Shown: positions 26,805 to 36,707, counted from the stretch's first letter. The stretch: DNA of 64,000 nucleotides from Patescibacteria group bacterium (GCA_042568575.1 JBHPIO010000002.1:65447-129446), one strand, 5' to 3'. Notes: generated by a model from the letters alone, not told the origin. Made by a program: numbers and translations.

Positions 26805-26945
26805 ATGTACTTCAAGAATATGTTTGCACGTACTCAAGTACTGCTATGGCTCACCTTCAACCTTTCCATCTTTCTTCAGGGCTTCCCACCAACTTTACCG
26901 CCAGCCCTCCTACCTAATACATTTTTCCCTTTAGCTCACTTCTAA
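26805..26945 (+). CDS. Microprotein 7 (46 aa), less certain
   Basis: AGGAGG SD only 4 nt before ATG; MYFKNMFARTQVLLWLTFNLSIFLQGFPP...; overlaps the pyrimidine-rich pairing tract. Confidence 0.35.
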   Translation: MYFKNMFARTQVLLWLTFNLSIFLQGFPPTLPPALLPNTFFPLAHF

Positions 26946-26992
26946 TTTATGCTTAAATGGTAGCGACCAATTTTAGTATAATAAGAAATCTA

Positions 26993-27913
26993 GTGGCTAA
27001 CCTTTCAGTAAAATTTTGTGGAGTGGAATTTGCAAACCCAACGGTTCTGGCGTCGGGTGTTGTTGGCGTAACCGCGGCATCTTGGAGAAGTGTTGTCCAA
27101 AATGGTGCAGGTGCTCCCACAACAAAATCGGTTCGTCTTCACGAACATAAAGGTCATCCGAATCCAACTATTATCACAACAGAACATTGGATGATGAACG
27201 CTGTTGGTCTTCCTGATGCGGGATTGGAAAAGGCGAAAGAGGAAATCAACGAATATGTGAAAGACAAAAAAGCTCCATTGATTGTGAGCATCGCAGGTGG
27301 AAAAGCTGACGATTATGTTGCGATTGCAGAGGAAATGGCAAAACTTCCTATTGATATTTTAGAGGTGAATATTTCATGTCCGAATGTTGAAGGAGAGTAC
27401 GGTCGTCCTTTTGCATGTGTTGCGCCTGATGCAAAAAACGTTATATCGATGGTTAAAAAAGTGGCAGGCGACAAGCCGGTTGTAGCAAAGCTTTCTCCAA
27501 ACGTTACCGACATTAAAGAAATAGCGAACGCTTGTGCCGAAGGTGGTGCAGACGGTTTTTGTGCAATAAACACTCTTGGTCCCGGACTTGCAATCAATCT
27601 TGAAACAAGAATGCCAATACTTGCAAATAAAGTCGGCGGAATTTCCGGGCCAGCTATAAAACCACTTGCCGTAAAGCTTGTTCATGACATCCACACAACA
27701 ACAGGTCTGCCCATAATCGGAACAGGCGGAATCACAACAGGAGAAGATGCTCTAGAAATTATGATGGCCGGAGCAACATTGGTCGGAATTGGCTCGGCTG
27801 TTTATTACAGAGGAATAGATGTGTTTAGAAAAGTGGCGAACGAGATGAATGAGTGGTGCGATAAAGAAGGTGTTAAAGATTTATCTGAAATTATTGGAAC
27901 CGTAAAAATGTAA
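26993..27913 (+). CDS. pyrD: Dihydroorotate dehydrogenase 1B catalytic subunit
   Basis: NPTVLASG, NISCPNV, KLSPN, GGISGPAIKP; GTG 26993 is the probable start (track gives 26957). Confidence 0.95.
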   Translation: MANLSVKFCGVEFANPTVLASGVVGVTAASWRSVVQNGAGAPTTKSVRLHEHKGHPNPTIITTEHWMMNAVGLPDAGLEKAKEEINEYVKDKKAPLIVSIAGGKADDYVAIAEEMAKLPIDILEVNISCPNVEGEYGRPFACVAPDAKNVISMVKKVAGDKPVVAKLSPNVTDIKEIANACAEGGADGFCAINTLGPGLAINLETRMPILANKVGGISGPAIKPLAVKLVHDIHTTTGLPIIGTGGITTGEDALEIMMAGATLVGIGSAVYYRGIDVFRKVANEMNEWCDKEGVKDLSEIIGTVKM

Positions 27914-27916
27914 CTT

Positions 27917-28786
27917 ATGCAGAACAAAACTGAACTCCCAAAAGTTGTTAAAATAACGAAGATTGTTGATGAAAATCCAGTTGTAAAAACCTTCTATTTT
28001 GATATTTCTATCGAGTCACGGCCTGGGCAATTTGTTATGCTTTGGCTTCCTGGTGTTGATGAGAAGCCTATCTCTATTGCGCTTGATGATGGGAAGCAAC
28101 TTGCTCTCACACTTTGCTCTCGTGGAAAAACAACTCAGCAAATTGCAAAGATGAAAGTAGGCGATAGACTTGGAATAAGAGGCCCTTACGGAACGGTATT
28201 TAATTTTCAGGAAGGAGAACATTTAGCGCTTGTTGGGGGCGGATACGGCGCTGCTCCTTTGTATTTCGTGGCGCATGAAGCATTGAAAAAGAATTGCACA
28301 ATCGAATTTATTGAAGGCGCAAGAAGCGAGGAACATCTGGTGTATGTTGATCGTTTAAAAGAGCTTAAAAATACAACTCTCCATATTGCGACTGATGATG
28401 GATCGGTTGGATTTAAAGGATACAACACTGAACTTCTCAAAAAAGTTATCGAAGAAAATAAGATAGACCGAATAATGACATGTGGACCAGAATTAATGAT
28501 GCAAAAGGTAGGTGAAATCGGGGATTCAAATAACATCAACACTCAAATTTCCGTTGAGAGATACATGAAATGCGGATTTGGAGTATGCGGGCAGTGCGTG
28601 CTTGATCCACTCGGAATCAGGTCATGCGTGTCAGGCCCTGTAATGAACAGTAAAGTTTTAAAAATGCTCGATGAATTCGGAAAATATCATCGTGACGACT
28701 TAGGACGAAAACAACACTTTCTTAACCCAAAAAAAGATGCTTGCGAGCCAGGTTGCGGAAATTCTGCTCAAAGTGAATGCAGTTAA
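27917..28786 (+). CDS. pyrK: Dihydroorotate dehydrogenase electron transfer subunit
   Basis: RGPYG, GGGYGAAP, CGPELM, MKCGFGVCGQC 2Fe-2S motif. Confidence 0.95.
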   Translation: MQNKTELPKVVKITKIVDENPVVKTFYFDISIESRPGQFVMLWLPGVDEKPISIALDDGKQLALTLCSRGKTTQQIAKMKVGDRLGIRGPYGTVFNFQEGEHLALVGGGYGAAPLYFVAHEALKKNCTIEFIEGARSEEHLVYVDRLKELKNTTLHIATDDGSVGFKGYNTELLKKVIEENKIDRIMTCGPELMMQKVGEIGDSNNINTQISVERYMKCGFGVCGQCVLDPLGIRSCVSGPVMNSKVLKMLDEFGKYHRDDLGRKQHFLNPKKDACEPGCGNSAQSECS

Positions 28787-29375
28787 ACTTAACGTAAAAG
28801 AGCCTTTTACATATACGTCAGGATTAAAAGGCCCAATTTATACAGACAATCGACTTCTAATTTCTTACCCGGAGTACCGTGATGTTATCGTTGATGGTTT
28901 CATCGATATGATGGAAGAAAGAGGACTTAAACCAGAATATTTGGTAGGGCCGGCAACCGGTGGAATTCCATGGGCTGCAATAATGGCGGATCGTTTGAAA
29001 TTACCAATGATTTATGTGCGTTCAAAGCCAAAAGGTCATGGGGCAGGAAAGCAGATTGAAGGATATCTCCCTGAGGGAAAATCAGCATTAATCACTGAAG
29101 ATTTAATCACAACAGGAGGAAGCGCTTTGCGATCAGTTGAGGCAACTCGAAAGGAAGGCAAGGCAATCGTTCACGACGTATTTGCAATCTTTACATACGG
29201 AACTCAAAAAGCAGAGGACGCATTCAGAGAAGCATCATGCGCGCTATCAACACTTACAGATGTAAACGTTTTACTCGATGTAGCAGTTGAACGTGGCGAT
29301 GTATCGGAAGAAGAAGCGCAGGAAGTTCGAAATTACTTTAAAGCTCCAACGGAATGGGGACCTAACAAAAAATAA
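28737..29375 (+). CDS. pyrE: Orotate phosphoribosyltransferase
   Basis: FTYTSGLKGPIYTDNR, KGHG, PRPP loop EDLITTGGS. Confidence 0.95.
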   Translation: MLASQVAEILLKVNAVKLNVKEPFTYTSGLKGPIYTDNRLLISYPEYRDVIVDGFIDMMEERGLKPEYLVGPATGGIPWAAIMADRLKLPMIYVRSKPKGHGAGKQIEGYLPEGKSALITEDLITTGGSALRSVEATRKEGKAIVHDVFAIFTYGTQKAEDAFREASCALSTLTDVNVLLDVAVERGDVSEEEAQEVRNYFKAPTEWGPNKK

Positions 29376-29376
29376 T

Positions 29377-30312
29377 ATGAAAAACTTTGCAGATAGATTA
29401 ATAGAACAAATTCAGGCTAAAAAAAGCGCAGTTTGCGTTGGCCTCGATCCACGTCTTTCAAAAATCCCTTCTTTTATTCAAGAAGCGGCACTTAAAGAGA
29501 ATCCAAAGAATAAATTGAAGGCGGCAGCAGAGGCAATTATCGAGTTTAACAAAGGAATAATCGATGCAGTTCATGATTTGGTTCCATGTGTAAAACCGCA
29601 AGTAGCATTTTATGAGCTCTTCGGCGAAGAGGGGATGCGCGCGTATCGTGAGACAATCGCATACGCAAAAGCAAAAGGTCTTCTTGTGATTGCAGATGTT
29701 AAACGAAACGATATTGGAAGCACTGCCGAGGCTTACGCTCAAGCGTTTTTAGGAGAGACAGATGTGTTTGGCGAATCGATGTCGGTTTTTGATGCGGACG
29801 CGGTTACAATAACCCCATATCTTGGGTGGGACGGAATTAAACCGTTTCTTGAAGCCTGCAGGAAAGATGGAAAAGGTGTATTCATTTTGGTGAAGACTTC
29901 AAATCCTTCATCTGCAGATTTACAGGATTTACAAATGGAAGACAAAAATAGTGTATACGAGATAATTGGGAATTTTGTTGAATCTTGGGGATCGGACGAA
30001 ATAGGAGAAAAAGGGTACTCTTCGGTTGGCGCAGTAGTTGGCGCAACTTATCCGGACCAAGCAGGAAAATTAAGAAAAATAATGCCAACTTCAATCTTCC
30101 TGGTTCCGGGATACGGAGCACAAGGAGGCGGCGCAGAAGACGTTAAGCCTTGCTTCAACGAGGATGGTCTAGGCGCAGTCGTGAATTCATCACGCGGAAT
30201 CATCTTCGCATACGAAAAATCAGACGAGTACGACGAAGGTGATTACGGAAAAGCCGCACGAGCTGCGGTTGTAGAGATGAATGAGGATTTGGGGGCAGTT
30301 GTGAAATTTTAG
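29377..30312 (+). CDS. pyrF: Orotidine-5'-phosphate decarboxylase (subfamily 2)
   Basis: CVGLDP, KPQVAFYE, DVKRNDIGST, PGYGAQGG; ATG 29377. Confidence 0.95.
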   Translation: MKNFADRLIEQIQAKKSAVCVGLDPRLSKIPSFIQEAALKENPKNKLKAAAEAIIEFNKGIIDAVHDLVPCVKPQVAFYELFGEEGMRAYRETIAYAKAKGLLVIADVKRNDIGSTAEAYAQAFLGETDVFGESMSVFDADAVTITPYLGWDGIKPFLEACRKDGKGVFILVKTSNPSSADLQDLQMEDKNSVYEIIGNFVESWGSDEIGEKGYSSVGAVVGATYPDQAGKLRKIMPTSIFLVPGYGAQGGGAEDVKPCFNEDGLGAVVNSSRGIIFAYEKSDEYDEGDYGKAARAAVVEMNEDLGAVVKF

Positions 30313-30335
30313 ATTCCTCCTGGGAGGAGCTTGAC
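30307..30335 (+). repeat. Dispersed repeat part B, copy 2, abutting a promoter
   Basis: 28/29 identity to 25811-25839; runs into TTGACG-16-TACTAT (30331-30358). Confidence 0.7.
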
Positions 30336-30387
30336 GACAAGCATTTTTGTGCTACTATTTTGCCTAGTCAATATTAATAATTCAAAC

Positions 30388-30552
30388 ATGTCAGGTTTAG
30401 ACCAGGAAAGGGTTCAAGCGTACACTGAAGAGCTTTGTCATTATAGTTTAATGGAATTACAAGCAGCTATTGAAGGACAAAGTCCTGCTTTGGATATTAC
30501 AGAACCGGAATTACGAGAAGCGGTTTTAAGAGCGCTAGAGATGAAGGATTAA
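30388..30552 (+). CDS. Small acidic hypothetical protein (54 aa)
   Basis: ATG 30388 (MSGLDQERV) downstream of a promoter. Confidence 0.5.
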   Translation: MSGLDQERVQAYTEELCHYSLMELQAAIEGQSPALDITEPELREAVLRALEMKD

Positions 30553-30554
30553 TC

Positions 30555-31565
30555 TTAAAAAATCCCCTTCGCAACCTCCCAGTACTCTCCATTCCCGTAT
30601 TTGTATTGGTAGTACCACCATTCTACGCCCCAGACGTATGTTCGAGCGAAGTCCATGTTGATCGCGTATTGAATGTTTGCCCTAAATTGATCGATGTTCA
30701 TCGACTTGTTGAATTCTTCCGCTTCTATTTCGATGATGTTGCCGTTTGGTACCCATGGCTCTAATTGAAGTTCCATTATGAGCCTGTTTTCTTGCGGGAT
30801 TTTGTACATGTTGGCTTTCCAGTTGTAGAAAGATGCTGGTAGGGGATATCTGGAATATCCGAACCACGAAGCCCATACGACTCTGTAAACTGTTGTTCCA
30901 AAGAGGTCACCAAGTTCGGCTTCCCTATCCCATGTGGCTAATTCTCCCGATGCTGTGACGATTATTTTTCTGTCGTCTAATTTTCGTACGAGTTCGACTT
31001 CTTTTTGCAAAAATTCATAGTCTCCGTTTGGACATTTCCCAAAGAAGTCTAACAAAGGTTCGTTTTCAACTTGCCAGTAAACTATTTCTTCACGACCTTT
31101 ATAGTGATTTACAACTTCTTCAAGCATCACGAGAGTCTTTTCTTGAATCGCGCTTGTTTCAGCTTCATCTAGCCATCTTGGAGCGTGGCATTCCGGCCAT
31201 CTTGGGAGTCTCCATCCGATGTTTGCTATAAATTGCACGCCGTCTCGCTTTTTACCTTCATCAAAAATGTAATCATAATCTGTGAAATCGAATTTGCCTT
31301 CGGTTTTCTCGATGTCGTCCCAGTAAATTGGGATGCGAATGTATTTTACTTCTAGTTCGTCGAGGATTGCTGTGTAAAGTGGTTTCCATTCCAGCCCGAG
31401 TTCTTCTGTGAATTTCTTTGAGAAAGTAACGCCGAAATAGTCCTCTTTGTGAACAAGATCTATGTTTTTTGGATAGTTTTTCGCGAATTTGAATGAATAG
31501 AAGCCCCAAATAAGTAGCAGGTCGATTATTACGATAAGAATTATTATTATTTTCTTTCTGCTCAT
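30555..31565 (-). CDS. Membrane-anchored clan GH-A glycoside hydrolase (GH5/GH42-like)
   Basis: N-terminal TM; WQVENEP acid/base motif, ELQLEPW. Confidence 0.8.
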   Translation of the reverse strand: MSRKKIIIILIVIIDLLLIWGFYSFKFAKNYPKNIDLVHKEDYFGVTFSKKFTEELGLEWKPLYTAILDELEVKYIRIPIYWDDIEKTEGKFDFTDYDYIFDEGKKRDGVQFIANIGWRLPRWPECHAPRWLDEAETSAIQEKTLVMLEEVVNHYKGREEIVYWQVENEPLLDFFGKCPNGDYEFLQKEVELVRKLDDRKIIVTASGELATWDREAELGDLFGTTVYRVVWASWFGYSRYPLPASFYNWKANMYKIPQENRLIMELQLEPWVPNGNIIEIEAEEFNKSMNIDQFRANIQYAINMDFARTYVWGVEWWYYQYKYGNGEYWEVAKGIF

Positions 31566-32371
31566 AAAATGTTGTTAGATAGGCGCTTCCAGTCGTCGAT
31601 TGATAGGTGTTGCGCGCGAGCGGTTGGAGAGACTCCACTTTTCTCGATCGCCTCGCGGGCTGTATCGACATCAATATCAATGCTCCTTATAAAAGAGTTT
31701 AAAAGGGTTTTCCTTTTATGTGCAAATCCAGCGTGAACAATTTTGAAGAACTTCTCTAGGTTTTCTTCTTCAACAAGCGGTTTGTCGAACATGTCGATTT
31801 CCAAAACCGCAGATTCCACTTTTGGGACAGGATGAAAACATCCCCTGGAAACTTTTGTGACTATCTTTGGTTTTCCAAAAATTAGTACGTTGATTGCCAG
31901 GACACTTAACTTTCCTTCCTTCGCACAAATTTTTTCAGCCACTTCTTTTTGAATCAAAATCACCATCTTGGTTGGTCTGTTTTTGTTCTTGAGGAAATGT
32001 GAAATTAGTGGCGAAGTAATATAGTAAGGAATGTTCGCGACTACTTTATATTTGCCAGATGGCGGAGAAAATTTCAGAGCATCTTCGTTGATGATTTTTA
32101 CGTTTGAATAATTTTTGAGCTCACTCTCTAGTAGTGGGATTGCCCCAGAATCAAGTTCCACAGAAACGACACCCGCCCCCGTTTTTGCGAGTTCCTTGGT
32201 GAGGATTCCCAGCCCTGGTCCTATCTCGATTATACAGTCCTGCTTAGTCGCATTTGCGGCTTGAACAATTTTTTGTACCACGTTTGCATCCATCAAAAAA
32301 TTCTGCCCTAGTGACTTTTTAGGGCGCATATTATATTTGTTCAGCAGTTCTAAAATTTCGGATTTCTTCAT
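31562..32371 (-). CDS. rsmA: 16S rRNA adenine dimethyltransferase
   Basis: KKSLGQNFL, EIGPGLG, ANIPYYITSP. Confidence 0.97.
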   Translation of the reverse strand: MKKSEILELLNKYNMRPKKSLGQNFLMDANVVQKIVQAANATKQDCIIEIGPGLGILTKELAKTGAGVVSVELDSGAIPLLESELKNYSNVKIINEDALKFSPPSGKYKVVANIPYYITSPLISHFLKNKNRPTKMVILIQKEVAEKICAKEGKLSVLAINVLIFGKPKIVTKVSRGCFHPVPKVESAVLEIDMFDKPLVEEENLEKFFKIVHAGFAHKRKTLLNSFIRSIDIDVDTAREAIEKSGVSPTARAQHLSIDDWKRLSNNIL

Positions 32372-32625
32372 GAAATGATTTTTACTAATTTTAGCTGGTC
32401 ATGTTTTCCGCTAATTATATCAAACTTCTCTTTTGGCATTTCAAGTTCCTTCGACAAGAACGAAATCAGCTCTTTATTCGCCTTCCCTTTTTCCGGAACC
32501 GCCTTGATGCGAATCTTGATAGTTTCATCATCCATTATATCGACAACCTCGTTTTTTGCGCTTTTAGGAAGAACCTTTATCCGAAGATACGAAGGTTTGT
32601 TTTGTTCAATGAATTCTTTAAGCAT
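32368..32625 (-). CDS. DUF167/YggU family protein
   Basis: IKVLPKSAKN, PEKGKANKEL. Confidence 0.9.
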   Translation of the reverse strand: MLKEFIEQNKPSYLRIKVLPKSAKNEVVDIMDDETIKIRIKAVPEKGKANKELISFLSKELEMPKEKFDIISGKHDQLKLVKIIS

Positions 32626-35455
32626 CTGCGGTTTCTTTAGCCATTCTAACTCTCACTATACCTTTTCTTATCTCTTCTACAAATAGAATACTAAACGACG
32701 CTCCAATAATAATGAACCATTCATACCATTCGAGGCCGGTTGTGTGAATCCACTCCTGGAAGAAAGGTACTTGTACAAGCAAGTATACGACTCCCAAAGA
32801 TATGGCTACAGATCCAACTAAGAACAAGTTCGAGAAGAATCCCATCTTAAATACAGACTGATAACTGCTTCGTGAGTTGTATGCGTTCACCATCTGAATC
32901 ATCACTAATATGCTGAATGCGAATGTCGATGATTTCATGTATGCAAGCGAGTCAGGATCGAGTGATTGTCCCCATTGCCATCCTTGATTGTATAGCGACC
33001 ATAAGTAAGTAATTACCACAATTGCACCTATAAATAGACCTACATACACGTATCTTAAAATAAACGGTCTATCCATAATTTTCTTCTTAGGATCTCGCGG
33101 AGGTTTGTTCATGATGCCCTTTTCAGGCGGATCTATACCGAGCGCAAGCGCAGGCAAAACGTCTGTACCAATATCCACACTTAAGATTAAGATTGCTGTT
33201 AAAGGAGCCGGGAGTTGCAGCAGTATCGCCGCAAAAACCGTTATCAATTCACCTATGTTACAAGAGAATATATAGAAGATGAATTTCCTCATGTTTTCGT
33301 ATATCGTGCGTCCTTCGCGTACCGCATTGATGATTGTTGAGAAGCTGTCGTCGGCAAGAACCATGTTTGAAGCTTCCTTGCTTACGTCTGTTCCTGTGAT
33401 TCCCATAGCGATTCCAATGTCCGCACGTTTGAGCGCAGGCGCGTCGTTAACGCCGTCTCCTGTTACCGCCACAATGTGTCCTTCACGTTTTAAAGCGGAC
33501 ACAATTCGCAGCTTGTCTTCTGGTGCCACTCGCGCAAAGATGTAGTCTTTTTCCTGGTTTGCAAACATCTCATCTAGCTTTTCGTCTGAGATGTTGGATA
33601 GCTCTTTTCCGGTGATTATCTCGTGGTTGTTTTTGTGATTAATAAGGCCGATCTGTTTACCAATTGCTTCCGCAGTTAGCCCATGATCTCCCGTAATAAT
33701 GTAAACTTTAATGCCGGCTCTTTTGGCCAGCATAACCGCCTTTTTAACGTCTGCGCGTGGAGGGTCAATCATGCCTGAAAGTCCAACGAAGATAAGGTCG
33801 TTTTCAGTGTTTTCAACATGATATTTCTTCTTTTTCTCTACCTTCTTATAAGCAAAACTAATTACACGAAGCGCTCCCTTTGCCATCTCTTCGTTCTGCT
33901 TGAGTATCTTCTTGCGTGTGTCTCTATCAAGTAGAATCACGCGTCCATTCATTAATATATGTGAACATTGATCAAGAACCGAATCAGGTGCTCCTTTTGT
34001 ATATACATGATAGTCGCCTGTTTCCTTCTCCTTATATACAACACTCATTCGCTTTCGAGTTGAATCAAAGGCAAGCTCGTATTTTTTCTCATATTTATCG
34101 AAGAATGTTTTTGTGTCGAATCCTAACTTTAACGACATCGTTAATAGAGAGCCTTCTGTTGGATCGCCCAAAATTGAATATCTCTTTTCGTGATGCTCTT
34201 TTTCGATGCTTAACTTTGCATTATTACAAAGCGTGCCGATTCTGCTCGCCATTTCCAGCGAGTTATATAAAGGAGTAACATCCTTTTCAAATTTTGATAG
34301 TTTCTTTTGCCGCAGAGAGAAATCCTCTTCACGTGAATCAATATCACCAATTGTATGAGTTTGACCTGCATTTGTTTTAATTAGAATTGGCCCCCACGGT
34401 TTATATCCTGCTCCTCCAAGTTGAGCTGCATATTGATCAACATAAAGCTCCTTTACGGTCATCTGGTTTTTTGTGAGTGTTCCTGTTTTATCGGTACAGA
34501 TGTGGCTTGTTGATCCCAATGTCTCAACAGATGCAAGCTGCCTAACAATCGCCTTTTTACGCGCAAGTCGTTGAACTCCAAGTGCGAGCGCGATGGTAAC
34601 TGTGGCAGGAAGTCCTTCCGGAACGGCCGCTACAGCAACAGAAGTTGCAAATAGGAAAGTATCAACAAATTCCTGTTTTTGAACGAAATATCCAATCGCA
34701 ACAAGAATCGCCGATATAAAGAATGTTATTTTTCCAACAAGCACACCGATTCTAAATAGTTCCTTTTGTAGAGGGCTTTTATCTTTTTTAGTAGTGGTTG
34801 TTAAATTTGCAATGTTACCGAACTTGGTATCCATTCCTGTATGAACAACAACCGCTTTCCCGCTTCCATGAACCACATCAGTTCCCATGTAAACGAAGTT
34901 TGAACGTTCGCCTGCGGTTATCTCTTTTTGTGTTTCAGCATGTTTGGTAACAGGCATTGATTCGCCTGTTAAAGCCGCTTCCTGCGTTTCCAGTTCGCTT
35001 TCTTCAATGATTCTTGCGTCTGCAGTAATTCGATCTCCTTCGCTTAAAACAATTACATCTCCTGGCACGAGCTCTTTCGCGGAAATCTCCATTTCCTCGC
35101 CGTTCCTTATTACACGAGCAGTAGGCGCGACCAGTTTTTTCAGGGCTTCAATCGCTTTTTCCGCCTTATATTTCTGAACAAAACCAATAATCGCATTAAT
35201 TAATACGATGACTAGAATTACGATGGCATCCCGTATTTCGCCTGCAAATCCTGCAATAACAGCAGCGAAAATAAGGATGAGTACCATTAAGTCTGTGAAC
35301 TCTTTAATAAAATGAATCCACCAAGGCGTTTTTCTTTTTACTTTAAGCTCGTTTGCGCCGTACTTTTTTAGTCTAAATAACGCTTCTTTTGCCGATAATC
35401 CGTCTTTTGACGTTTTAAATTCCTTTAATATGTCGTCTGTGGCTTTTCTATGCAT
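32618..35455 (-). CDS. P-type cation-transporting ATPase (type II, Ca2+-like)
   Basis: TGES, VPEGLP, DKTGTLT, KGAP, TGDGVNDAPALK. Confidence 0.95.
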   Translation of the reverse strand: MHRKATDDILKEFKTSKDGLSAKEALFRLKKYGANELKVKRKTPWWIHFIKEFTDLMVLILIFAAVIAGFAGEIRDAIVILVIVLINAIIGFVQKYKAEKAIEALKKLVAPTARVIRNGEEMEISAKELVPGDVIVLSEGDRITADARIIEESELETQEAALTGESMPVTKHAETQKEITAGERSNFVYMGTDVVHGSGKAVVVHTGMDTKFGNIANLTTTTKKDKSPLQKELFRIGVLVGKITFFISAILVAIGYFVQKQEFVDTFLFATSVAVAAVPEGLPATVTIALALGVQRLARKKAIVRQLASVETLGSTSHICTDKTGTLTKNQMTVKELYVDQYAAQLGGAGYKPWGPILIKTNAGQTHTIGDIDSREEDFSLRQKKLSKFEKDVTPLYNSLEMASRIGTLCNNAKLSIEKEHHEKRYSILGDPTEGSLLTMSLKLGFDTKTFFDKYEKKYELAFDSTRKRMSVVYKEKETGDYHVYTKGAPDSVLDQCSHILMNGRVILLDRDTRKKILKQNEEMAKGALRVISFAYKKVEKKKKYHVENTENDLIFVGLSGMIDPPRADVKKAVMLAKRAGIKVYIITGDHGLTAEAIGKQIGLINHKNNHEIITGKELSNISDEKLDEMFANQEKDYIFARVAPEDKLRIVSALKREGHIVAVTGDGVNDAPALKRADIGIAMGITGTDVSKEASNMVLADDSFSTIINAVREGRTIYENMRKFIFYIFSCNIGELITVFAAILLQLPAPLTAILILSVDIGTDVLPALALGIDPPEKGIMNKPPRDPKKKIMDRPFILRYVYVGLFIGAIVVITYLWSLYNQGWQWGQSLDPDSLAYMKSSTFAFSILVMIQMVNAYNSRSSYQSVFKMGFFSNLFLVGSVAISLGVVYLLVQVPFFQEWIHTTGLEWYEWFIIIGASFSILFVEEIRKGIVRVRMAKETADA

Positions 35456-35534
35456 TTTTGTGTTATTAGAAAAAACGGGCTCTACACGTTATAACATTAT
35501 ACCATAGCGGCTTGTTGAAAGGAATTCTTTGTGT

Positions 35535-36182
35535 TTATTTCAAGTGTTTCTTCCTCCACTTTTTAATTTCCGCATGATTTCCACTTCGCAAAACTTCCGG
35601 AACTTTCAACCCTTTAAACTCTGCTGGTTTTGTATAATGAGGATATTCTTTCTTGCCTCCAAGTCGTCTTGAAAAGCTATCTTCTTCTACTGAATCGTCG
35701 TCGCCAAGCACGCCTGGAATGAATCTGGAAACTGCATCTACGAAGGTCATTGCAGGTATTTCGCCACCAGTTAAAACGTAGTCGCCGATTGAGACTTCTT
35801 CGTCTACCAAAAGATCGCGTATACGTTGATCTATGCCTTCATATCGCCCGCATAGGAGGATAAGTGAGTCGTTGGTTCGTGCGAATCTCTTAACGCGTGT
35901 ATGGGTCAATTTTGACCCTTGAGGCGTCATGAAAATTACAGGTCCTTTGTTCTTCTTTTTAACTGCAGTAATACAGTCGAATAAAGGCTGCGGAGTCATC
36001 AACATACCAGCGCCACCGCCATACGGAGTGTCGTCCACTTTCTTATGTTTATCCTTACTAAATTTGCGAATATCGTGAAGGTGAATTTCGAGAAGGCCTT
36101 CATCTTGCGCGCGTTTCAAAATACTTTCGTTAAAATAGGACGAAAACATTTGGGGGAATAGAGTTAGGATGTCGAATTTCAT
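35535..36182 (-). CDS. trmD: tRNA (guanine37-N1)-methyltransferase
   Basis: VDDTPYGGGAGM, CGRYEGIDQR, IGDYVLTGGE. Confidence 0.97.
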   Translation of the reverse strand: MKFDILTLFPQMFSSYFNESILKRAQDEGLLEIHLHDIRKFSKDKHKKVDDTPYGGGAGMLMTPQPLFDCITAVKKKNKGPVIFMTPQGSKLTHTRVKRFARTNDSLILLCGRYEGIDQRIRDLLVDEEVSIGDYVLTGGEIPAMTFVDAVSRFIPGVLGDDDSVEEDSFSRRLGGKKEYPHYTKPAEFKGLKVPEVLRSGNHAEIKKWRKKHLK

Positions 36183-36193
36183 AGGTTATTTGA

Positions 36194-36625
36194 TTATCGT
36201 ATTTTTTCCATGATGTATTTATGTCCTTTCTTTTTTGCGACTTTATAGCCAAGTTTTTTATAAAAATGATATGCGGGATTATTATCCCAAACTTGTAGGG
36301 TGATCTTTTTATAACCAAGCGTTTCAAAGTATTCCATTAAGAATTTCCCTATACCTTTATTTTGATATGTAGGAGTAATAAAAAGTCTATCTATATCGAG
36401 AGTATTTTTTAATGATGTGATTGAATAAAGTCCAATTCTTCTTTTACCCTTCATAAGAATAGTCATTTCTTTATATTTATTTGCAAAAGTATCGTCGAAC
36501 ATTTTTTTATCAATTGGAAAATATTCAGCAATAAAATGAAAGAGAGTTTGTTTTAATAACTTATAAACAAAATCATAATCTTTCTTTTGACAGCGTTTTG
36601 TTGTTATACCAAATGGATTTTTCAT
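36194..36625 (-). CDS. GNAT family N-acetyltransferase
   Basis: YQNKGIGK, NPAYHFYKKLGY. Confidence 0.88.
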   Translation of the reverse strand: MKNPFGITTKRCQKKDYDFVYKLLKQTLFHFIAEYFPIDKKMFDDTFANKYKEMTILMKGKRRIGLYSITSLKNTLDIDRLFITPTYQNKGIGKFLMEYFETLGYKKITLQVWDNNPAYHFYKKLGYKVAKKKGHKYIMEKIR

Positions 36626-36641
36626 GTTACAGCGGTAATTT

Positions 36642-36679
36642 CTCCTCCTAGGTGGAATCTAAAAACTTGATAAAAAATT
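36642..36679 (-). repeat. Dispersed repeat part B, copy 3
   Basis: 34/38 identity to 25796-25833, including a compensatory CCCGGG->CCTAGG change in the palindrome. Confidence 0.7.
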
Positions 36680-36707
36680 CATTAAGATCCCGGGATCGCA
36701 TTTACCT

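Noticed and set aside
24415-32625. Alternative genetic code 25 (TGA=Gly) as in Gracilibacteria/Absconditabacteria
   Set aside because: pyrC, rsmA and the DUF167 gene end at TGA at the expected lengths, and conserved genes have no in-frame TGA.
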